This document shows, piece after piece, positions 44,981 to 51,723 of a stretch of DNA of 53,660 nt. The notes beneath the pieces are model-generated. The model was not told the origin of the DNA. It made no database searches and saw only the letters and a list, made by a program, of their open reading frames with translations. Within the stretch, counting starts at the first letter, position 1. Each line of letters starts with the position of its first letter. A program made the position numbers and the translations under genes. Source of the DNA: Eubacteriales bacterium (lineage in GTDB: Bacteria > Bacillota > Clostridia > Oscillospirales > CAG-272); assembly GCA_045613705.1 (NCBI GenBank), contig JAZLBM010000110.1, forward strand, positions 1 to 53,660. The letters run 5' to 3'.

Positions 44981-45769
44981 TCAGCGATTTTGTCGATAAA
45001 TCTCGTAAACCATAATGGTGGCCGCAGAAGCCGCCGAAAGGGAACCGCGAAAGTCTCTTCCATACTCAATACGAACTACGGAATCGGCCTCGCTCTCTAT
45101 TTTGGCCGAGATCCCGCGTTTTTCGCCGCCTACAATCAAAAACAAGGGTTTTGTCAAGTCCGCATCATACATAGAAACGGAATTTCGAATTCCGGAACAC
45201 ACGATTTTATATCCGTGCTCACGGAACAAGCGAATCGCATCCGCAGGATCGGCGATATACATATCCATCAGCTCCGAAGCACCGGCCGAGGATTTCGAAA
45301 CGATTCCTGCAACCTCCATCCAGTTTCTGGGAGAAAGAATGATTCCGTCAGCGCCCGAAGCATATATGGAACGCACGGAATAACCGAAATTATACGGATC
45401 CTCAATACCATCAAGCATAACATACACACCGTCGGGACGAATTTCGTCCATATAATTGATAAGTAGTGGAATTTCCTTTGGAGCACACTCGGCGATGATT
45501 CCTCCGTGTGTTGTACCTGTTGTGAGCGCATCAATCTGCTCTGAATCCACAAAACACACCGAAAAACCGTGTTTTTGGGCCATTTTTTGCAGATAAGACA
45601 CCTCACGAGCCTTGGAATGGGCCTTTTTTTCGTCTACAAGCACGCGAACAACCGTTCTTGTTGACCTGTTAACATTTTGTTCACATTTGTTCAAAATTGC
45701 AGAAATAGAGGTCATTCCTTCAAAAATATTGGAATTGGGGCAAGTTAAATAGGTTTCTTTTTTTATCAT
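44981..45769 (-). CDS. TrmH/SpoU-family RNA 2'-O-methyltransferase (group 3)
   Basis: 262 aa. DPYNFGYSVRS, IVGGEKRGIS and SLSAASAATI motifs. Second paralogue of this family in the window. Confidence 0.85.
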   Translation of the reverse strand: MIKKETYLTCPNSNIFEGMTSISAILNKCEQNVNRSTRTVVRVLVDEKKAHSKAREVSYLQKMAQKHGFSVCFVDSEQIDALTTGTTHGGIIAECAPKEIPLLINYMDEIRPDGVYVMLDGIEDPYNFGYSVRSIYASGADGIILSPRNWMEVAGIVSKSSAGASELMDMYIADPADAIRLFREHGYKIVCSGIRNSVSMYDADLTKPLFLIVGGEKRGISAKIESEADSVVRIEYGRDFRGSLSAASAATIMVYEIYRQNR

Positions 45770-45846
45770 ATGGCATTCCTTTGTGCGTTATAAATAAAAA
45801 ACTTCTCACATAAGATAGAGTAAAGTAAATGAACAAGAGAGGCTTT

Positions 45847-46122
45847 ATGACATACATATCCACCGCAAAAGAACGATGCATCGTCCTTGGAACCTATTTG
45901 GTTGAAAACAATTCAACCGTACGATCCGCTGCGCAAAAATTTGATATCAGCAAAAGCACAGTCCACAAAGACGTCACACAAACGCTCAAGAAGATCAATC
46001 CGTCACTATATGCAGACGTGAAGCGCGTACTGGACAAAAACAAGCAAGAGAGACACTTGAGAGGCGGCGAAGCAACGCGACAGAAATATAAGCACAATAA
46101 ACTCAACGATAGTAATCAATGA
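45847..46122 (+). CDS. spoIIID: sporulation transcriptional regulator SpoIIID
   Basis: 91 aa from ATG 45847 (AGAGAGG RBS). The HTH region TVRSAAQKFDISKSTVHKDV and HLRGGEATRQKYK closely match SpoIIID. The ORF-track start at 45829 would add 6 aa. Confidence 0.9.
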   Translation: MTYISTAKERCIVLGTYLVENNSTVRSAAQKFDISKSTVHKDVTQTLKKINPSLYADVKRVLDKNKQERHLRGGEATRQKYKHNKLNDSNQ

Positions 46123-46579
46123 GATTATTATAGCATAATTTTTTCGTTTTGTGTAGAGATTTCTAAAATAAAATAATTGACTTGACCAAGATATGGAACG
46201 AATCCGGCATTTAAGCAGATACATGCGCCAAAATCGCACGCAACCTCCATTTTTTGCGATTTTGCTCCCCTGTATGATATAAAATTTGTATTTTGTATAG
46301 TATGACCAATTCTTATGTTGGGAGCTTTTTGAGGCTCCCTTCCGGTGTTTGCTCATCCTAAACAAAATATGGTTTTGTACAATGTTGCACCCTTCGCGAT
46401 TCACACTTGCCATTGTTGGTATACTAAATCCATTCACTTAATTTTCTATATGAATGTAAATGAAATTTATTATATCCTTCGCAAAGCATTGCACTAATAA
46501 AAGGCCCCAATCTTGTCAAGCCAACATTGTCAAGGCGGTTCCTTACCGCATTAAAATTTGCATCGAAAAGCAAGGCAAG

Positions 46580-46668
46580 AAAAAAGTCGTTACCCGTAAG
46601 GATAACGACTAACACTCAAAGCCGATAGGAATCGGCACGATGGGGAGTGTTGCAGCACTCCCTACCAC
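46580..46668 (-). ncRNA. candidate ~90-nt small RNA (family unknown)
   Basis: Minus strand. The promoter at 46703-46675 is followed by hairpin GGGAGUG-CUGCAA-CACUCCC (46662-46643). Next comes hairpin GCCGAU-UCCU-AUCGGC (46636-46621). Last is the terminator AGUCGUUA..UAACGACU plus UUUUUU (46610-46580). No ORF follows on that strand. Confidence 0.35.
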
Positions 46669-46674
46669 ATTACA

Positions 46675-46703
46675 AGTATATCACAGAAAATTTGATTTGT
46701 CAA
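46675..46703 (-). promoter_or_regulatory. sigma-A-type promoter of the sRNA candidate
   Basis: Minus strand TTGACA (46703-46698), 17-nt spacer, TATACT (46680-46675). Confidence 0.5.
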
Positions 46704-46751
46704 GGCAATCCATTATAGTTTTTTGTTGTAATAGGATTTTTTCAAAAACGC

Positions 46752-46780
46752 TTGCAATTCCCTGCTATAAATGGTATAAT
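46752..46780 (+). promoter_or_regulatory. sigma-A-type extended -10 promoter for the 46812 gene
   Basis: TTGCAA (46752-46757), 17-nt spacer, TGgTATAAT (46772-46780). Confidence 0.65.
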
Positions 46781-46811
46781 GATGATAATATCAAATGTTC
46801 GGAGGTCTATT

Positions 46812-47240
46812 ATGGCACTTAAGATGCGTTTCCTTTATGCTTCCAAGCAGGCAAAAATGAAGGCTCTCGGTCAGGCAATTAAAACGGAGTTCGATCTCTC
46901 TGCAAACAACAATGCGGTTGACATCATTCCTCCCGCATATTCTTGCGAAAAAGAGCGTCTTGTTATTCTCGGTATTTCTACCAAGGGTGACCTTCCTGAT
47001 TCCGTCAGAAGATTCTGCTGCGAGCTGAATCCCAAGAAGGCAACCAACGTTGCCGTTATTATCGACGGTAATGAGGCGGGCGCCGCAAAGGTTCTTGATG
47101 CACTCAAGATCGCAGGAACCAATATCGTTGACGAGCCCAAGTATCTGGCTTGCGGTTTGTTCAAGTCCAAACTCACGGAAGAGGAGCAGTCTTCCCTTCT
47201 TGCTTGGATCCACGATATCATCGACAACAAGCTTGTTTAA
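46812..47240 (+). CDS. hypothetical protein
   Basis: 142 aa from ATG 46812 (GGAGG RBS at 46801-46805). Soluble, no family recognised. Strong promoter and terminator. Confidence 0.6.
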   Translation: MALKMRFLYASKQAKMKALGQAIKTEFDLSANNNAVDIIPPAYSCEKERLVILGISTKGDLPDSVRRFCCELNPKKATNVAVIIDGNEAGAAKVLDALKIAGTNIVDEPKYLACGLFKSKLTEEEQSSLLAWIHDIIDNKLV

Positions 47241-47249
47241 GCAACAGAT

Positions 47250-47285
47250 ACCGCTTGAAGGATTTTCCTTCAAGCGGTTTTTTCT
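47250..47285 (+). terminator. Rho-independent terminator
   Basis: CCGCTTGAAGG-ATTTT-CCTTCAAGCGG hairpin followed by TTTTTTC. Confidence 0.8.
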
Positions 47286-47845
47286 TACTCAAACACTTTT
47301 CGGCATTGCGCACCGCTCAATGCAAGCTTGAGCGTTTCGGGTAATCTACTGAAATTAGCAACCAAGGAATGAGGTTTGTTTTGCGGATCGTCCTGGATCA
47401 TGGGCACAAAATAAACACATTTTCTCGATAATAGCGTACCTATGTTCCGAAGGTTTGCCGACATAGCATCGTTGGATGCCAAGGCAATTACCAAGGGTCT
47501 ATCGCTCCTCAAATGCGCCTTTGCCGCCATACAAACAGCTGTATCCGTAAGGCCATTGGCAAGCTTGGCTAACGTATTGCCGGTACAGGGGCTGATCACC
47601 AAGGCATCCAGTTGAATTTTCGGGCCAAGGGGCTCAGCGCCGACAATCGTGTGAATGATTTCCTTGCCGCAGAGCTCACGAACCCGCGCGATCAAATCGT
47701 TTGCTGTCCCGAACTTTGTATTCGTGCCGTACACACATTCGCTCATAATCGGCTGTATATCATATCCTTCGGTCAATAACCGCTCCATAAGTTCGACGGA
47801 TTTTTGATGGGTACAAAATGACCCACAAAACGCATATCCGATCAC
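47285..47845 (-). CDS. dpaB: dipicolinate synthase subunit B
   Basis: 186 aa. Flavoprotein-like IGYAFCGSFCT start and a CTGNTLAKLANG motif, typical of SpoVFB. Confidence 0.9.
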   Translation of the reverse strand: MIGYAFCGSFCTHQKSVELMERLLTEGYDIQPIMSECVYGTNTKFGTANDLIARVRELCGKEIIHTIVGAEPLGPKIQLDALVISPCTGNTLAKLANGLTDTAVCMAAKAHLRSDRPLVIALASNDAMSANLRNIGTLLSRKCVYFVPMIQDDPQNKPHSLVANFSRLPETLKLALSGAQCRKVFE

Positions 47846-48750
47846 GACGTCACCCCTTCCTCCAGTATGTGTATCACAGTCTTGGCAACGATTTCGCCTG
47901 CCGTTTTAGGAGAATATTTTCCCGGGAGCGACTGCACCGAATGGATGGTTAACCCGTGTTCTTTTGCCGCGCAAAGATCGATTCCCCCGGGGGCAGAAGC
48001 GAGATCAATAATTACTGTCTCGCGGGAAATTTTTGTAACGACCGATTCGTCGATTACCCACGCAGGAACCGTATTGAATATTACGTCATAGCCCTCCGAA
48101 AGCTTTTCAAGTGAATTTTTGCCATCACGAATGCGTATTGGCAGACTCCTCATGCCTGCGTTTTCTATCAAAGCAAGATCCGCGCTTTTCCGCGCGGCCA
48201 CCGTCACATTGGCATCCAGGCATTTCAGCTTTTGCGCCAGCACTTTTCCTATGCGTCCATATCCTACAACGGCTATTTTGGCGCCGGCAATAGTAATGGG
48301 CAGTTGACTCATTGCGAAAGCAATCGCTCCCTCTGCCGTAGGGACGGCATTTTTGATTTGGAACTCTTCCCTTTCATAATAATCTATAACGCGGAAGCCT
48401 TTTTCTTCTATCATTTTTTTGATTGCCGGGTTAAATCTACCGCCAAATATCGGCGTGTTTCCCGGAAGAAGATCCACAATTTTTGCCAATTTTACACTTT
48501 CCGGCGAATGCAACAACGGGCAGTTGATACGAACACCGTCTCCCGAAACCGGAAGGGGCAAAATCAGTGCTGAGCAACCAGAAATAGCTTCGCCCCAGTT
48601 TTCACAAATCTCAAAGACCTCCTTTTCCGCCTCAAATCCCGCATCAATTCCCCAAAGACTGACACAAAAACCTTGCTGCGCCAGAACTCTCGCCGCGGAA
48701 AGCTGACGCAAATCCCCACCCAATAATGCAAGCTTCATATTCACAGGCAT
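47842..48750 (-). CDS. dpaA: dipicolinate synthase subunit A
   Basis: 302 aa. LLGGDLRQ N-terminus and NAD-binding VVGYGRIGK, typical of SpoVFA. Overlaps dpaB by 4 nt. Confidence 0.9.
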   Translation of the reverse strand: MPVNMKLALLGGDLRQLSAARVLAQQGFCVSLWGIDAGFEAEKEVFEICENWGEAISGCSALILPLPVSGDGVRINCPLLHSPESVKLAKIVDLLPGNTPIFGGRFNPAIKKMIEEKGFRVIDYYEREEFQIKNAVPTAEGAIAFAMSQLPITIAGAKIAVVGYGRIGKVLAQKLKCLDANVTVAARKSADLALIENAGMRSLPIRIRDGKNSLEKLSEGYDVIFNTVPAWVIDESVVTKISRETVIIDLASAPGGIDLCAAKEHGLTIHSVQSLPGKYSPKTAGEIVAKTVIHILEEGVTS

Positions 48751-48803
48751 ATTATCTCCTTTTCAAAAACTATTATAGTATATGTCACAAAAACAAAACA
48801 AGC

Positions 48804-48834
48804 AACAAAAAAGCGTATGCAATGCATACGCTTT
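48804..48834 (-). terminator. Rho-independent terminator after tadA
   Basis: Minus strand AGCGTATGCA-TT-GCATACGCT hairpin followed by TTTTTTGTT. Confidence 0.7.
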
Positions 48835-49281
48835 TTATCTCCGTTTTTGAAAAAAGTTTTGTAAAAGTTCTCTGCTTTGCTCTTCGCAAATGCCATTGTA
48901 AACCTCAGGCTTCGAAAACAAGGGATACGAACGAAGGTCAAGAACGCTTCCAAGTGCTCCTCCTCTTGCATCCTTAGCGCCGTAAAACACCCGATCCACT
49001 CTGGCGTTAACAATTGCGCCCGCACACATAGGGCACGGTTCCAAAGTAACGTAAAGATCGCACCCGGACAGGCGCCAGGTACCCAATTTCTCGCACGCCT
49101 CGCGAACGGCCAGCAGTTCCGCGTGTGCTGTGGCATCCTTGCCATTCTCTCTCATGTTGTGAGCGCGCGCGATGATCTCTCCATCTTTCACAATGACTGC
49201 CCCAACGGGAACTTCTCCCATGTCGGCTGCTAACGCCGCCAATCGCAAAGCCTCTTGCATATACATTTCGCGATTTTCCAT
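48835..49281 (-). CDS. tadA: tRNA adenosine(34) deaminase
   Basis: 148 aa. Zinc-binding deaminase motifs HAELLAVR and PCPMCAGA. Confidence 0.9.
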   Translation of the reverse strand: MENREMYMQEALRLAALAADMGEVPVGAVIVKDGEIIARAHNMRENGKDATAHAELLAVREACEKLGTWRLSGCDLYVTLEPCPMCAGAIVNARVDRVFYGAKDARGGALGSVLDLRSYPLFSKPEVYNGICEEQSRELLQNFFQKRR

Positions 49282-49284
49282 ACA

Positions 49285-50289
49285 TTACACTCCGCCCATC
49301 TCTATTGCCAGAGTCAGCATAGTCGAAACGCAAATAACGATGTAAATGATTATTGTCGGTGACCAAAACGCAGAATAAACAATTCGTTTTTCGCGTACGA
49401 GGACCATTTCTGCACATTCATCTTTATTTGAACGAAAAATGCCAAGCTCAGTTAACGTTTTGGGGGCAACCTTTTTTCTCGAAACATAATAAAGCACCGA
49501 ACCAAGCAAAATGCCACCCACGGCAACCATCAGCGTTATTGCGATATAAAGCACCTCTCCGGTTCGTTCATCAAAGCGTTCCAGCAAATAACTTTGGATT
49601 ACAGAAAGAAGATTGTTAAAGAAATGAACCAACACACCGGCCCAAATGCTTCCCGTTTTGACGCGCAATATACCAAGAATTACGCCAAGGGCCGTAGTGT
49701 AAAACAGCTGATATGGCGTTTGGTGCATCAGACCAAACAGCAACGCGCTGATCAGAACAGCTCCGCTTTCGCTATACGGTCTGATAGAGGAAAGGATGGT
49801 TCCGCGAAACAGCAGCTCTTCCACCAAAGCGGGGATGATTGCCGAAGAAATAAACATAAGGGCTATCGCGTAATTGCCGCGAATCTCACTTGTAAAGAAG
49901 GCCTCTGAAACCTCTTCGGATATCGGGAAAAGCATAGAGTTTGCATATGACGTTGCAAAACAAGCTCCGGTGCCCAAGAATATCATCGCCACAGTAGAAA
50001 GCGTAGGGCATTTCGAAGAAAAACCGAGTTGAAGCCCAAACGGCTCTATGGGCTTATTCTTTGATATTGCCAAGAAAAACCAAACCGGAAGCAAAAACGC
50101 GACGGCATATGCGCCCGCATTTAAGAGCTCTGACAAAACATACACGCTTCTTGCCCCCGACAAGGCTTGTAATTCCTCACCAAGCAAATAGGCGCCTCCG
50201 CAAAGTATATTTGTAGTCAGGAGGAAGAAAAGCATCATTCCTCCAATTCTATTAAAAAGATTTCCCAACTCTCTTTTGTATGCAGTCAT
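49285..50289 (-). CDS. CPBP-family intramembrane glutamic endopeptidase (CAAX protease/Abi-like)
   Basis: 334 aa from ATG 50289 (AAGGGAAGGAGA RBS). Motifs EELLFRG, FGLMH and HFFNN. Confidence 0.85.
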   Translation of the reverse strand: MTAYKRELGNLFNRIGGMMLFFLLTTNILCGGAYLLGEELQALSGARSVYVLSELLNAGAYAVAFLLPVWFFLAISKNKPIEPFGLQLGFSSKCPTLSTVAMIFLGTGACFATSYANSMLFPISEEVSEAFFTSEIRGNYAIALMFISSAIIPALVEELLFRGTILSSIRPYSESGAVLISALLFGLMHQTPYQLFYTTALGVILGILRVKTGSIWAGVLVHFFNNLLSVIQSYLLERFDERTGEVLYIAITLMVAVGGILLGSVLYYVSRKKVAPKTLTELGIFRSNKDECAEMVLVREKRIVYSAFWSPTIIIYIVICVSTMLTLAIEMGGV

Positions 50290-50349
50290 AGAAATCTCCT
50301 TCCCTTTTTGTGTATTTTCATTATACCGCAGGATAAGGTAAAAGTCAAT

Positions 50350-50386
50350 AAAAAAGCGACTGAACTCCAAAGAATTCAGTCGCTGA
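50350..50386 (-). terminator. Rho-independent terminator after the ABC ATPase gene
   Basis: Minus strand CAGCGACTGAA-TTCTTTGGAG-TTCAGTCGCT hairpin followed by TTTTTTATT. Confidence 0.75.
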
Positions 50387-50399
50387 TTTCACTTGAAAA

Positions 50400-51512
50400 T
50401 TAGTGGATTACGCAACGCTCGGTATCCTTATCAAAGATATGGAGTCTCGAGGTATCGAATGCAACCTTGATGGTATCGCCTGCGCGAGAAGCGGAACGAG
50501 ACGATACACGAGCAATCAGATTGGTCTCACCGATGTTGAGGTAGAGATAAATCTCTGCACCCATAAGCTCGGTAACGTCAACAAATGCATCAACGGTGCT
50601 ATCTGCAAGAGCTGCAAGCTGCATAGGCTCGTCGTGGATACACTCGGGACGAAGACCTGCAACAACTTCCTTGCCAATGTACTCCTGAAGAGCGGGATTG
50701 TTTGCCTTGTCTGCGGGAAGCTTGATAGCGTTGTCCTCAAAGTTGAAGAATACGTCATCGCCCTTCTTCTCAAGCGTACCGTTGATAAAGTTCATCTGAG
50801 GAGTTCCAATGAATCCTGCAACGAAAATGTTAACGGGGCTATCGTAAAGATTCTGAGGAGTGTCAACCTGTTGGATAAGACCGTCCTTCATAACAACGAT
50901 TCTGGTTGCCATGGTCATTGCCTCTACCTGGTCATGGGTAACGTATACGAAGGTAGTACCAACGCGGTTATGAAGCTTGGTAAGCTCAGTTCTCATCGCT
51001 GCACGAAGCTTTGCGTCCAGGTTGGAGAGAGGCTCGTCAAGAAGGAATACCATGGGGTTACGAACGATTGCACGACCGAGTGCAACACGCTGCTTCTGAC
51101 CACCGGAAAGAGCCTTGGGCTTTCTGTCAAGAAGGTGGGTGATATCAAGGATACGAGCTGCTTCTTCAACTCTGCGCTTGATCTCCTCCTTGGGAGTCTT
51201 GTTCAGCTTAAGACCGAACGCCATGTTCTCATATACGGACATGTGAGGATAAAGTGCGTAGTTCTGGAAAACCATCGCGATCTTTCTATCCTTAGGAGCT
51301 ACGTCGTTGACCAGACGGTCACCGATGAAAAGCTCGCCCTCGGTGATCTCCTCAAGACCTGCGATCATACGAAGAGTGGTGGTCTTACCACAACCGGAAG
51401 GACCAACGAGAACCAGGAATTCCTTATCCTTGACTTCAAGGTTGAAGTCGGAAACCGCGGTAACACCGCCGGGATACTTCTTATAAATGTGCTTCAGAGA
51501 CAAACTTGCCAT
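50400..51512 (-). CDS. sugar ABC transporter ATP-binding protein (MsmK/MsmX/UgpC type)
   Basis: 370 aa. Walker A GPSGCGKTT, signature LSGGQKQRV, Walker B FLLDEP, C-terminal MalK-like regulatory domain. AAGGAGGAA RBS. No adjacent permease. Confidence 0.9.
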   Translation of the reverse strand: MASLSLKHIYKKYPGGVTAVSDFNLEVKDKEFLVLVGPSGCGKTTTLRMIAGLEEITEGELFIGDRLVNDVAPKDRKIAMVFQNYALYPHMSVYENMAFGLKLNKTPKEEIKRRVEEAARILDITHLLDRKPKALSGGQKQRVALGRAIVRNPMVFLLDEPLSNLDAKLRAAMRTELTKLHNRVGTTFVYVTHDQVEAMTMATRIVVMKDGLIQQVDTPQNLYDSPVNIFVAGFIGTPQMNFINGTLEKKGDDVFFNFEDNAIKLPADKANNPALQEYIGKEVVAGLRPECIHDEPMQLAALADSTVDAFVDVTELMGAEIYLYLNIGETNLIARVSSRSASRAGDTIKVAFDTSRLHIFDKDTERCVIH

Positions 51513-51723
51513 TTGGTTATATTCCTCCTTGATTTAGAACCATATTTCGGGTATAATTACCTATCTTTTAACATCTAATATTATAACAGATTTCCCCTCA
51601 AAATGAAAGATGTCAATCTTCCAAATTTTGAGCGCGCTATTTGTTCACATTGCACAATTTTGGTGTGTGATTTGTGAATTGCGACCCATTGCTGCAAGGC
51701 AAAGGTTTAATATATTAAAATTA

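Noticed and set aside
46128-46250. 40-aa Cys-containing micro-ORF on the minus strand (MEVACDFGACICLNAGFVPYLGQVNYFILEISTQNEKIML)
   Set aside because: The nearest purine-rich stretch (GGGGAG) is about 17 nt from the ATG, which is too far for an RBS. No precursor-peptide processing or modification genes are nearby. It was kept only as a note.
46006-46615. 143-aa and 63-aa minus-strand ORFs in the spoIIID-downstream gap
   Set aside because: Neither has an RBS or recognisable motifs. The longer one runs antisense through the spoIIID 3' end, and its composition looks like translated AT-rich non-coding DNA.
50403-51578. 391-aa plus-strand ORF
   Set aside because: It is an antisense shadow of the MsmK-type ABC ATPase gene.
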